DNA of 39,275 nt, from the IMG/VR virus record IMGVR_UViG_3300032253_000232, positions 1 through 39,275 of that record; one strand, given 5' to 3'. Below the pieces are notes generated by a model that had not been told where the DNA came from, did not search any database, and saw only the letters and a program-made list of their open reading frames with translations. This document shows positions 26,587 to 36,388 of this stretch, piece by piece. This DNA is from a virus (lineage: Duplodnaviria > Caudoviricetes). How positions within the stretch are numbered: the first letter of the stretch is position 1; each line of letters starts with the position of its first letter. A program made the translations under genes and the position numbers.

Positions 26587-26619
26587 CCTCCCACTATTAA
26601 TTTAGTTACGTCCTACAAT
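26587..26619 (+). promoter_or_regulatory. Putative late promoter 3 (CCTCCC-N21-TACAAT), before major tail protein
   Basis: Motif and spacing conserved. Confidence 0.75.
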
Positions 26620-26652
26620 TTGTAATTATTAAATTATGATAAGGACATTCTC

Positions 26653-27597
26653 ATGTTAAACTCTAGAAAAAAGGTAGTAGCGGTTAAGTATGGTGCAGTA
26701 GTTGCTAATACCGATGTTGTTTACAATACAGAAGGCATACAAGTTCAGCCTAAGATGCAAACAGGAAATTATAAAAGCATGGATGGTGGTGAAGGCTCAA
26801 AGTCAACATGGCGAAATGATGATAGCATTACTTGTGAGGGCGTGACAATCAAGTCTTACATAGAAGCTAATGATATAACAGGTGCAGCGTTGGCTACTGT
26901 TCCAAGTTGGACTAATGTTTTAAGAACTTGTGCATTAAAAGAAACAATAGATGTCACTACCATAGGTTCAGAGTTTATTGTGTACTCACCACTTGATACT
27001 GTATTAAGTCCAGCCTCAGAAGTTGCAATATGGACTGATGGAGAAAAAGACCTTATTACTGGTGTTGTAGGAAACTATAAGATAAGTGGTACTGTTGGTG
27101 AACCTGTAATGCACGAGGTTTCATATTCAGGATACACGGATTTAGTTCCAACTGCTGACCCTAATCCTGCTGCTGCCGGAGTTCCTTCCGACACACTAAT
27201 ACTTTTAAAATCTACTGACACAGTAACCATAAGCGGTGTAGCTTATAAGGTTCAGTCATTTGAGTTCGATCAAGGTAATCAAACAGAAGACTTTTATGCA
27301 ATAGGATTAAAGCAATACGATAAAGTTGATTTTGATGCAACGCTTAGTGTTACATTTTATAGAGAAGATACCGTAATGTTTAGTGCTTACAAAACAGGTA
27401 CAAAAGTACCAGTTGTTATTCAAGCAGGTAGTGTTAACGGAAAGTCGGTAAAGATTAGCGCATTACAAGCTGAAATTGAAGAAGCTAGTAGAGGTACTGA
27501 CAAAGAGAGAGAAACGGTAACAGTTAAATTTTCACTTCAACCTACTACCGGAACAGCTTACGACCAATACGCAATTAGATACGGTTTCTTAGCTTAA
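26653..27597 (+). CDS. Major tail (tube) protein
   Basis: Beta-rich 314 aa; precedes the chaperones and tape measure. Confidence 0.8.
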   Translation: MLNSRKKVVAVKYGAVVANTDVVYNTEGIQVQPKMQTGNYKSMDGGEGSKSTWRNDDSITCEGVTIKSYIEANDITGAALATVPSWTNVLRTCALKETIDVTTIGSEFIVYSPLDTVLSPASEVAIWTDGEKDLITGVVGNYKISGTVGEPVMHEVSYSGYTDLVPTADPNPAAAGVPSDTLILLKSTDTVTISGVAYKVQSFEFDQGNQTEDFYAIGLKQYDKVDFDATLSVTFYREDTVMFSAYKTGTKVPVVIQAGSVNGKSVKISALQAEIEEASRGTDKERETVTVKFSLQPTTGTAYDQYAIRYGFLA

Positions 27598-27683
27598 TAT
27601 CTATTCCGCTGTTTGGATTTCTCCACCACTCAGCGGTCAAATTAGTGGAGAATAATATTATTAATTGCAAGGAGAAGCAAACA

Positions 27684-28136
27684 ATGGCAATACTAAATTT
27701 AAACAATCCATTTACAATGACAGTTGAAGGTTCAGATGATGAACTTAATGGATTCTTTAGAGATTTTACTAAAGAAGAACACATCGCATTTCAAAATAAA
27801 AACAAAAAAATCGAAAAGTTAGTAAACGAGTCTCAGTCTCTTTTTAAAAGTGTGAAGCGTGCTATAAAGAAAGTAGAGCTTAAAGAAAAACTTGAAGACT
27901 ATTTAGCATTAGAAAAAGCTCAAGACGAACTCTATGAACTCGAAGATAAACTTGATGAAACAAACACTAAGTTTAATGAAGATGAAGCTCTAAAAAATAT
28001 GCTAAAAGAACGTTTCGATATATGTCTTGGTGGTAAAGATGCGGAGAAGATATTAGAACTTGCTGAAATACATGGTTATGAAAAAGTGTATGAAACAATT
28101 ACGGATTCTATAGTAGAGCACAATGAGGGAAAGTAA
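27684..28136 (+). CDS. Tail assembly chaperone (gpG-like)
   Basis: AAGGAG RBS before ATG 27684; ends G_GGA_AAG_TAA. Confidence 0.8.
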   Translation: MAILNLNNPFTMTVEGSDDELNGFFRDFTKEEHIAFQNKNKKIEKLVNESQSLFKSVKRAIKKVELKEKLEDYLALEKAQDELYELEDKLDETNTKFNEDEALKNMLKERFDICLGGKDAEKILELAEIHGYEKVYETITDSIVEHNEGK

Positions 28137-28468
28137 TTGCCCTCGAAGAATGGCTAAAGCAGCACGCTAATGGAACCGGTGAGTTGCACCACGAGCCGGA
28201 TATTCTAAAAGCACTTATTAAAAACCCTGATTCTAACATTATTATCCGTGATGAATACACAAAGCCAATAATAGACATAATACTACAATGCCCTAAAGAG
28301 CATGGAGGAATGGGTGGAATGATAGGTCTTAAGTACGAAGCTCTAAAAGACTATGTCGAGTGGAATACGCCAGATGGCTATTGTCATAAGCAAATGCAGA
28401 AGATGTATATTCCAACACTTTTAAGTTATGGTCAGATATATGCTTCTTTTGTAAATGAAAAAGAGTAA
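28127..28468 (+). CDS. Tail chaperone gpGT-like extension read by -1 frameshift
   Basis: GGGAAAG (28127-28133) is the lambda G-T slippery heptamer; the -1 frame is open to 28468. Confidence 0.85.
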   Translation, partial: GKVIALEEWLKQHANGTGELHHEPDILKALIKNPDSNIIIRDEYTKPIIDIILQCPKEHGGMGGMIGLKYEALKDYVEWNTPDGYCHKQMQKMYIPTLLSYGQIYASFVNEKE

Positions 28469-28473
28469 GCTAT

Positions 28474-28884
28474 TTAATTAAGTAGCTTCGCTTTTTGATC
28501 TTCAAACTCTTCTTTGGTGATTAACTCTTTTTCTAGTAGTTCTGAGAGTTTCACAAGTTTATCTGTTGTATCTGTTTGAATATTTATATTAGTAGAAGCT
28601 TCTTTTTTTAAGAGTGCTTCTTTTTTTTGGTACTCTTTTTTCAACGCTTTTTCATAACTGCTTCGTTCACTATTAGAGCCAATAACAACAAGAATCCAAA
28701 CAATTAACCAAAACCCAACTGTAATTATTGACAAAATTAAGTGGAGTATATGGTTTACTCTTGTTGATGCTATTTTACTTTTTAGCTGCTCTATGCTAAA
28801 CTCTATTTCTTGGCTGTTGCTGCTTTCTTTTGTTCCGGCAACACCTTTAAAAAATGCACCAGTTGCCCTCAATAGTTTCCCCAT
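28474..28884 (-). CDS. Membrane moron with C-terminal SHOCT domain
   Basis: NHILHLILSIITVGFWLIVWIL TM segment; L.KL.ELLEK.LITKEEFEDQKAKLL. Confidence 0.8.
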   Translation of the reverse strand: MGKLLRATGAFFKGVAGTKESSNSQEIEFSIEQLKSKIASTRVNHILHLILSIITVGFWLIVWILVVIGSNSERSSYEKALKKEYQKKEALLKKEASTNINIQTDTTDKLVKLSELLEKELITKEEFEDQKAKLLN

Positions 28885-28942
28885 GTCAAAATCCTTTAAG
28901 TAATATTATCTAAGTAATTCTTTATATTCTCTTTGTGTATAT

Positions 28943-28975
28943 CCTCCCACAATAAACTTCTTACCGTTTTACAAT
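28943..28975 (+). promoter_or_regulatory. Putative late promoter 4 (CCTCCC-N21-TACAAT), before tape measure
   Basis: Motif and spacing conserved. Confidence 0.75.
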
Positions 28976-29006
28976 ACTAAGAATTTAAGACATTAAGGGG
29001 TTTACA

Positions 29007-32000
29007 GTGGCGACGCTTTTTATAGATACCAAATTAAACCATAATGGAACGGTAGAAGTAAAAAAACTTCGTGGGGAAGTAGATAGTCTTGGAAACTCCT
29101 CTCAAAAAACTCACACAAGCCTCGCAGGAATGGCTGTTAAGGTTGCAAGTCTTACAGTAGTAGCTTACGCAGCATCTAGAGCGGTTAAAGCATTAGTAAC
29201 CTCTGGTTATGAATATAACAATTCAATAGAACAAAGTATTCAAGGGTTAACAGCTTTAACAGTTGCAACATCATCAAATATAGATTCGCTCGGTAATTCA
29301 ATAAATATTCAACAAAAATATGCACTTGCTAATAAAGAATCATTTAAAACGATGAAAGAACTTGAAGCGATTAATGCTCAAACCCCGCACACACTTAATG
29401 AAACGAACAAGATATATAAAGCTATGTACGTATCAATGAAAAAAGTAGGTGCAACGAATAAAGAGATGATAAGTTTAACAAAACAAATCTCAATAGCAGC
29501 AGGTGCAGCTGGTATTGAATTTAACTCTTTATTGGCTGGTGTAGATGGGTTAGCATCAGGAACCGTATTAGCAAATTCTGATTTAGGTCGTTTCCTTAGT
29601 GGGCTAGGACTAACTAATGATGCTTTGAAAAATACTAAAGATGTTGTAGGGCTTCTAGATAGTAAGTTAAGAGACTTCAAAGGCGCTGACACAATGGATG
29701 TAGCAGTATCAAATCTTACCAACACATGGCAACAAATGACAGGAGAGATAACCGAATCTTCTTTTGATGGTGCAAAAATCGGTTTAAATGAGCTATCAGG
29801 CATAATAAAAAACTTAGATAAAGAAGACATTAAAGCATTACAAGAACAGTTTGATAATTTTGCAACTGCCGGTGTTGCATCTGTTGGATTTTTAACTAAG
29901 GCTTTTATTGGTCTACAAAGTACAGTAACTACAGCTGGTACAGCAATGGCAGACGTAATGTTATGGCTTACTGAGTGGGATGGTGACTACGAAGAAATGT
30001 CTAAAAGTTTGTGGGAAACACAAATGAAGGCATTGGCTGCCAATCAAAAAATAGTAGATGGCATAAATAAAGCAGTTAATAAAACAATTGCTGGTGTAAA
30101 AGAAGCTAAAAAAGAAGCTTCTGAATTAGAAAAAGCTTCTAGTGGAAACCTTACAAATAAAAGCACTTTTGATGCTACAGAATCAGCAAAAAAAGTAAAC
30201 AACATCTTTAAAATAATGAATGCTCAGACAGTACATAGAATTAAACTTGAGGAAGCAGCTGCTAAAGCCACGTTACAATATAATCAAGAGCTTCAAAAAA
30301 ACCATAAACTATATATATCGATAGTTGGTACAGATTATGATAAGTGGCTATTAAGTACAAATAATAAGCTTTTGGAATTGCAAAAAACAGGATTTATTAC
30401 AAACGAACAAATAAGAGATTTGTTTACCACTCTACAACAAAACCATAACACAGAACTAACAATGACCGGCTTAGACGAAGCTACAAACGGCATGACGGAT
30501 ATGATAGATAGTCAAATAGAATTAATATCTAGCACCAATGATTGGAAAAATGGATTAACCGGAGTCGCAGCAGCCATTGGCGGAGTCAGTACAGCTTTTT
30601 CTAAAATGACAGTAGATAATTTAACTGCAACTAAAGCACAATTAAAATTAGATAGAAAACACGAAGTAGATAAAAAGAAATATGCGAAAGATAGCACAAA
30701 ATTACATTTAGTTGAGCAAATATATCAAAAAAATACTACAAAAATCAAAAAAGCATCAACGAAAAATGAGCTAGACGCATATTCAAACTTGGCAGGTGCT
30801 GCATCTGGATTCTTTAAGGAAAGTTCGGCTGGGTATAAAGTTCTTAACGGTCTTCAAATAGCTTTACAACTTGCTATACAAGCTACAGCATTATCGGAAA
30901 GTTCAGCGGCGGCAACTTCTGTAGCAGCTTCTACAGCTGCCGCAGGTGCAGCAATGACAGAGGCAGGGGCAAATGCAACGGCATCTGTAACGGCAGCAGG
31001 TAAGGGTGACCCATACACTGCGGCGGCTCGTGTTGTTGCAATGATGGCACTAATGGCAAGTGCCATGACTATGTTTACTGGCGGTAGCGGAGGAGGAGGT
31101 GCTACTCAACCCGAAGCACCTCTAACAGTTGGCGATGTATCTGGTGGAAGTTTAGGAACACTTTTTGAGGGAACAAACTCATACTCGACACTAGAAGATG
31201 CAATTAAAGAGCTCAATAGCACCATCGATGTTCAAAACAAACTCTTCACCGCAAGTGGTCTGTATGGAACTAAATTTTTAAATGATAAAAAAGTATCTAG
31301 TGCAAACCTGGTAACTGACACACTCGAAGCTTGGCGAGAAGTTTTTAAAAGAACAGACAATGTTGATGTTAGCGGAAGCATGGCAGGGTTTGATGTGAAG
31401 AGTCTTTCGGTGTGGGAGCAAAATACTACTAATGTTTTAAAGACATTCGGGGATGATTATTTAGGTTTTGTAAATTCTATTGCACATTTCGATGAAACAT
31501 ATGTAAACACATTTCTAAACGCTAGAGGTCAAAACCTGCAAAATATAGAAAAGGTAATGACTGAAGCTAAAATGGCTATTAATACATACTCCTTAGATAT
31601 GTTAGACCTTGCAGAGGCTATGACGGATTACAGAAAAACCTGGATAGATATTTTTGAGGAACATACCAAGAAGAATACCTATACCTTGCAAGCTCAAAAA
31701 GCAGCTACGACAAAAGTAAATACTCTTAAGACTAGCATAGGTGTAAACTCTTACGCAGATCTTCTCGAATCTTTAATAAATAAATACAACATTGACTATA
31801 CTAAAGCTCAGGAATTATTTAAACAAGGAGATATGTACAATCTCGCAATAGAGCTAAACAATCTGTTCCCAAAAGGCTCTTTTGACCCTCAAGAAGTTTA
31901 TGACTACGTAGATGCAATCGAATCAGTCGGCAAGATGATGATAGATTCTAAAAACAACATCGACTCCTGGAACCAAAGAAACGAGACAGCTTCAGACACA

Positions 32001-33137
32001 GCGGTCAGATTGGCTAAACAAGTCGGCGTTAATCTAGCAACAAGTATGGGCGGTCTCGACTCTATGGCTTCTAAGTTAATAGCCTCAAACAACGCTCTTA
32101 GCAGTTCAGAGTTAGAGCTTCTTGGTGCGAATGAAGAGTACATAAAATTCATAAATGAGACAGCAATTGACGGCTTAAACAAAACACTTGAAACTACATC
32201 GGCAAGTATCAATACACTGGAGGGTACACTAAGCTCTCTCACGGGGATTATAGATAAATTAAGAGACAGCACTCTCGGCTCATCTTACTCAATCGGCAGA
32301 TACAACAACTCAATGAGTGAGACTTTAGCACTTGCAGGTACAGACAATGCAAAAGACTTTCAAAAATCACTAAGCTACACTATCTCCTCATCTGACGCAC
32401 TCTTCAAACCTGAGAATTTTGCAACGCAAAACGATATGCTGTTCGCTCAAGCAGTAGCAGCCAACCAGTTTGACAGTATGGAAGTAAAAACTGCGACGCA
32501 AATCGATTATTTAAAAGAAATTGCAGAAACCGTAAAAAAACAATTAGCTGTTTTTGATGGCACCGATTTTTCATCAATAATTCAGGGAATATACCAAAGC
32601 GAGCTAGGTCGCAGTGCTAATGCAGGTGAACTTGATTATTACACAAATGATTTTAATAATGGCCAAAGTGTGGCAGATGTAACGAATACAATTTCAAATA
32701 GCGATGAAAACTTCATACGAGGCTTATATGAAACTTCCGGTGCTATTAAAGATATGAGTTATACAGCAGCTGGTGTAACTGGTTTAGAGTATTGGATGAA
32801 TGACTTGTCAGCAGGGGATATATCAAGAAATGAAGTTACTGACATATTTAAAAATGTATATGGTTTTTCAAATGGTGGTTACACAGGAGATTCACTAGGA
32901 GTTGTACACCCAAAAGAATATGTATTAAACGCAGAAACATCGTCACAACTAGGGTTAAACAATAGTAGTTCAACGGGTGTGTTTGCTCAGATGGTGAAAA
33001 AAATGGATAAGTTTATAGAAAAAATAGAACAACAAAACGAACTTATCGCTGCACAGGCAAATGAAATTAGAGCAATGAGAAAAGAGACAGAAGAGCAATC
33101 AATAACCCTAATTAATATCGAGGAGCAAACAGCATGA
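29007..33137 (+). CDS. Tail tape measure protein
   Basis: 1376 aa, Ala-rich and helical; C-terminal GFSNGGYTG..GVVHPKEYV motif. Confidence 0.92.
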   Translation: MATLFIDTKLNHNGTVEVKKLRGEVDSLGNSSQKTHTSLAGMAVKVASLTVVAYAASRAVKALVTSGYEYNNSIEQSIQGLTALTVATSSNIDSLGNSINIQQKYALANKESFKTMKELEAINAQTPHTLNETNKIYKAMYVSMKKVGATNKEMISLTKQISIAAGAAGIEFNSLLAGVDGLASGTVLANSDLGRFLSGLGLTNDALKNTKDVVGLLDSKLRDFKGADTMDVAVSNLTNTWQQMTGEITESSFDGAKIGLNELSGIIKNLDKEDIKALQEQFDNFATAGVASVGFLTKAFIGLQSTVTTAGTAMADVMLWLTEWDGDYEEMSKSLWETQMKALAANQKIVDGINKAVNKTIAGVKEAKKEASELEKASSGNLTNKSTFDATESAKKVNNIFKIMNAQTVHRIKLEEAAAKATLQYNQELQKNHKLYISIVGTDYDKWLLSTNNKLLELQKTGFITNEQIRDLFTTLQQNHNTELTMTGLDEATNGMTDMIDSQIELISSTNDWKNGLTGVAAAIGGVSTAFSKMTVDNLTATKAQLKLDRKHEVDKKKYAKDSTKLHLVEQIYQKNTTKIKKASTKNELDAYSNLAGAASGFFKESSAGYKVLNGLQIALQLAIQATALSESSAAATSVAASTAAAGAAMTEAGANATASVTAAGKGDPYTAAARVVAMMALMASAMTMFTGGSGGGGATQPEAPLTVGDVSGGSLGTLFEGTNSYSTLEDAIKELNSTIDVQNKLFTASGLYGTKFLNDKKVSSANLVTDTLEAWREVFKRTDNVDVSGSMAGFDVKSLSVWEQNTTNVLKTFGDDYLGFVNSIAHFDETYVNTFLNARGQNLQNIEKVMTEAKMAINTYSLDMLDLAEAMTDYRKTWIDIFEEHTKKNTYTLQAQKAATTKVNTLKTSIGVNSYADLLESLINKYNIDYTKAQELFKQGDMYNLAIELNNLFPKGSFDPQEVYDYVDAIESVGKMMIDSKNNIDSWNQRNETASDTAVRLAKQVGVNLATSMGGLDSMASKLIASNNALSSSELELLGANEEYIKFINETAIDGLNKTLETTSASINTLEGTLSSLTGIIDKLRDSTLGSSYSIGRYNNSMSETLALAGTDNAKDFQKSLSYTISSSDALFKPENFATQNDMLFAQAVAANQFDSMEVKTATQIDYLKEIAETVKKQLAVFDGTDFSSIIQGIYQSELGRSANAGELDYYTNDFNNGQSVADVTNTISNSDENFIRGLYETSGAIKDMSYTAAGVTGLEYWMNDLSAGDISRNEVTDIFKNVYGFSNGGYTGDSLGVVHPKEYVLNAETSSQLGLNNSSSTGVFAQMVKKMDKFIEKIEQQNELIAAQANEIRAMRKETEEQSITLINIEEQTA

Positions 33138-34054
33138 TAATAGCTCCAAGAACAGCGACAAATATATTGGCATCAAACATCGTTGCTATTGAAGTTGGTG
33201 TAAATGTGTATGACCCATTATCGGCTTATGTAACTTATGACGTAGTACAAATAAATGGTACTACTAACAGAAAATACAAGGCTGTTCAAGCTGTTCCTGC
33301 TGGAACTGACCCTTTGGTTGATGTAAATCCGGTGACAGGTAGAGGTACTTACTGGTGGGATGCTGGTGCTACTAACTATGCAAAGGCTTTTGATGAATTA
33401 GGTTCGTCAAAGTGTGAAAATGCTGATTCAATTTACTATGAGTTTTCAATATCGGACATTGATGTCCTTATGCTTGGAAACCTTAACTCAGCAACAGTCA
33501 GGTTAAAAATAGTTGACCTAGATACTACTCTTACTGTGTTGGATGCAACATACTCGACCCTAGAGAGAGAAGTGTATGATTGGCAGGAGTGGACCATAGC
33601 AGTTCCTGAGTACCATAGCAGTTTTTATAAGATTTTGCCAATAACATATAACGCGACGCTGGAAGTATGGATAGACAACCCAACTCAGACAGCTTCCGTA
33701 GGTCATATCGCCTATGGTCGTTCTAAAAACTACGGTCTCTCTCTCATAGACCCGAAGCCTATAAGTTCTCGCCGTGGTATCACTTCAAAAACTCGTAGTG
33801 CAGATGGAAATATTACCACTAGAAGAAAAGCAAGATATCGCAGAATGAAGATTACCTGCCTTATAGACTCAAAATCAATAGACATCATTGAGGATAGGTT
33901 AGAAGCCATAGTAGACACACCTTGTATCTTCGTTGGTGATGAACGTGACGGCGGATATAAGGCTTTGCTAATCTATGGAGAAATGAAAGACCACGATATG
34001 CCAATATCAGTAACAAAAACAACATACTTACTTGAAGTAGAAGGATACCAATAA
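33134..34054 (+). CDS. Distal tail/tail tip protein
   Basis: Directly after the tape measure; WWDAGATNY..FD; beta-rich. Confidence 0.7.
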   Translation: MIIAPRTATNILASNIVAIEVGVNVYDPLSAYVTYDVVQINGTTNRKYKAVQAVPAGTDPLVDVNPVTGRGTYWWDAGATNYAKAFDELGSSKCENADSIYYEFSISDIDVLMLGNLNSATVRLKIVDLDTTLTVLDATYSTLEREVYDWQEWTIAVPEYHSSFYKILPITYNATLEVWIDNPTQTASVGHIAYGRSKNYGLSLIDPKPISSRRGITSKTRSADGNITTRRKARYRRMKITCLIDSKSIDIIEDRLEAIVDTPCIFVGDERDGGYKALLIYGEMKDHDMPISVTKTTYLLEVEGYQ

Positions 34055-34773
34055 TGACAATAATACCATTAGTAACGAACTTTGATTTGACAAGAATACC
34101 AGTAGAAGGCACACCTACTTTTAGATCTGATGCAACATATGCGTGGAATACCATACCTACCGTGATAACGGAGCTAGATGCTTCTATAACAGCAACAAAT
34201 GCAGTTGCTGGTGAAATAGCAGCACTAGCTACTCAGACTCAAAACGATAGCCTTAGTGCAGCAGCAAGTGCCTTGGTATCAAACAGCAACGCATTATATA
34301 AAGGTGACTGGGTAGCAGGGTATGCTACGACAGGCTACTCTTTAGGAATGAGTGTAACATTTACAGATGGGTACAGATATGTTTCAAAAATAGACAATAA
34401 CTTAGCAACTCCGGTCACTTTGACAAACGATGCAAATTGGGATTTTATAGAGGCGGTAAGCCCTATAAATCCTGTATTCACAGGCTCTATTACAGAGCAA
34501 ACAGCTACTATGCCTGCATTGGCTTTAGACCCTGCAAATGGAACTATTCAAACACTGACAATGACAGCCGACAGCACATTTACAGAGAATTTATTAGATG
34601 GACAATACTTATTTTTTGAATTGACTAACGGAGGGTTTACTGCTGATTGGATTACATCAATGACGGTAGTTTGGATTGATGGAAAAATACCTATTCTTTC
34701 GACAACAGCTTTATTGATGTTTTACAAATCTTCTAACATTTTAAAAGGTGCTTTGGTTGGGAGCATAGTATGA
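34054..34773 (+). CDS. Tail fibre/adaptor protein
   Basis: Coiled N-terminus; YKGDW...Y..G.SV carbohydrate-binding-like module; LDPANGTIQTLT C-terminal domain. Confidence 0.7.
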   Translation: MTIIPLVTNFDLTRIPVEGTPTFRSDATYAWNTIPTVITELDASITATNAVAGEIAALATQTQNDSLSAAASALVSNSNALYKGDWVAGYATTGYSLGMSVTFTDGYRYVSKIDNNLATPVTLTNDANWDFIEAVSPINPVFTGSITEQTATMPALALDPANGTIQTLTMTADSTFTENLLDGQYLFFELTNGGFTADWITSMTVVWIDGKIPILSTTALLMFYKSSNILKGALVGSIV

Positions 34774-35786
34774 GTATTTTAAAAGCATTGATGGGAGCAA
34801 GTTCTAGTGTATATAGAAAGATAGCATTAATAAACATTGCCGGAAATATAGAAATTGGAACTTTTGATATATCAATATATTCAGTACCAGACATCACTAT
34901 CATAACAGGACTTGCTACAGTTGATTTTACTTCAATAAAATTTTCTCATGACAATTCAATGATAGCAGCTACAACTAGGTACGGAATATATTTATATTTA
35001 GTATCTGACGGCTCTTTAATATATTCCGATGTATCCCTCTATTTGTATCCATCAGCACTAGAGGTAGAAGTAGACTTCTCTGCAGATAACACATTGTTGT
35101 TGTACCCAGTAGCAGTTGGTGCTGACTATGTGTTAAATATAAAAAAATTATATATACCCACGTTAACTGTAACAACATCTGCTAGTAGTATCACATCTAA
35201 TAGTAGTGCTGCTGCAATAAAGACACTGTTCGCACTAGCCGAGACTGCTGTGCTTTTTGAATATGAACCACCTCTAGTATATACAGGAAGAGTCTTAACG
35301 CTACCGCTGGACTTAACAACAAGTGCTACATTCTTAAGTGCTACGGCTACTGTAGACCCAGTTAGAGCTTCGAGTTTTATGGTAGATCGTGTTAATAATT
35401 TATATTATTGGTTGGTGCCAAGCACCGTGACAACAGGAAAGGTATTAATATATGATATAGCTCTAACGCTGGTTGCTACAATACTAGACATATACTTAAT
35501 AGCAGGTGGTGGAACAATCATACCAACAACTTTAGACTCAAGAGTTCCTAATATTGTTGGTTTTGTTAGTAGTAAAGGTATTTGGTTATTTAACAGTGTC
35601 ACCCTTAAATTTGCATACAAGGTTGATTATATTCAAGGGGTCCAAGCATCATTAAATACTAAAGAGCATATTTTAATGAGTGATGCATTTTTATCAACAC
35701 AGGAAATATATAGTGGCGATTTTATGGTCAATAAATTAGCTCTTCCAAACACTTCTCTTGGGCTAACAACAATATCAAATTATTAA
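34770..35786 (+). CDS. Putative receptor-binding protein (beta-propeller-like)
   Basis: SIKFSHDNSMIA and VDFSADNTLL blade-like motifs; position. Confidence 0.55.
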   Translation: MSILKALMGASSSVYRKIALINIAGNIEIGTFDISIYSVPDITIITGLATVDFTSIKFSHDNSMIAATTRYGIYLYLVSDGSLIYSDVSLYLYPSALEVEVDFSADNTLLLYPVAVGADYVLNIKKLYIPTLTVTTSASSITSNSSAAAIKTLFALAETAVLFEYEPPLVYTGRVLTLPLDLTTSATFLSATATVDPVRASSFMVDRVNNLYYWLVPSTVTTGKVLIYDIALTLVATILDIYLIAGGGTIIPTTLDSRVPNIVGFVSSKGIWLFNSVTLKFAYKVDYIQGVQASLNTKEHILMSDAFLSTQEIYSGDFMVNKLALPNTSLGLTTISNY

Positions 35787-35795
35787 GGAAATAAA

Positions 35796-36380
35796 ATGGG
35801 TTTATATTACAAAGTTCCAGATACAAAGACTGGTGTCATTACTGAAAAAAGAAGAACAAGAGAGCAATTTGGTGTAGGTAAAAATAGCCCTGAATCGACC
35901 TGCATTAAGCTTGGATATTATTTAGGGGTCGGCACTATGCCATTATTTAATGCATCAACACAAACACTAGATATTAGTGAATCTTTTGATGCTATTAATA
36001 AAAATGTTGCAATAACATATACAATTATTGATATTCCTTTTACCGACTTGCAGTCAGAAAAGTTGGCACTGCTTAAACGAAATACTCAAACACTACTTGA
36101 CGATAGACCTATTATAAACGTAACTCTAGCAGATACAAGAGTTCTTTCAGTAGATGCAGGTGCAAGTGATTTAAGAAACTTAGAAGCAGGTCAAGCTTTA
36201 GGCTTAACTTTCATAATAGATTCAAACAATATAAGTCAAACAATAGCTGTCACAGACTGGGATACCATCCTCAACGCAATAAGAGCTAACGGATTGAGTA
36301 TTTTACAAAACAAGTGGACTTTAAAGGCTCAAATTGAAGTCTCCACTACTATTGCAGAATTAGACTTGATAGTGGTGTAG
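35796..36380 (+). CDS. Tail fibre-associated protein (DUF4376-like C-terminus)
   Basis: KW.LKAQI....TIAELDLI tail. Confidence 0.65.
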   Translation: MGLYYKVPDTKTGVITEKRRTREQFGVGKNSPESTCIKLGYYLGVGTMPLFNASTQTLDISESFDAINKNVAITYTIIDIPFTDLQSEKLALLKRNTQTLLDDRPIINVTLADTRVLSVDAGASDLRNLEAGQALGLTFIIDSNNISQTIAVTDWDTILNAIRANGLSILQNKWTLKAQIEVSTTIAELDLIVV

Positions 36381-36388
36381 GAGAGATT

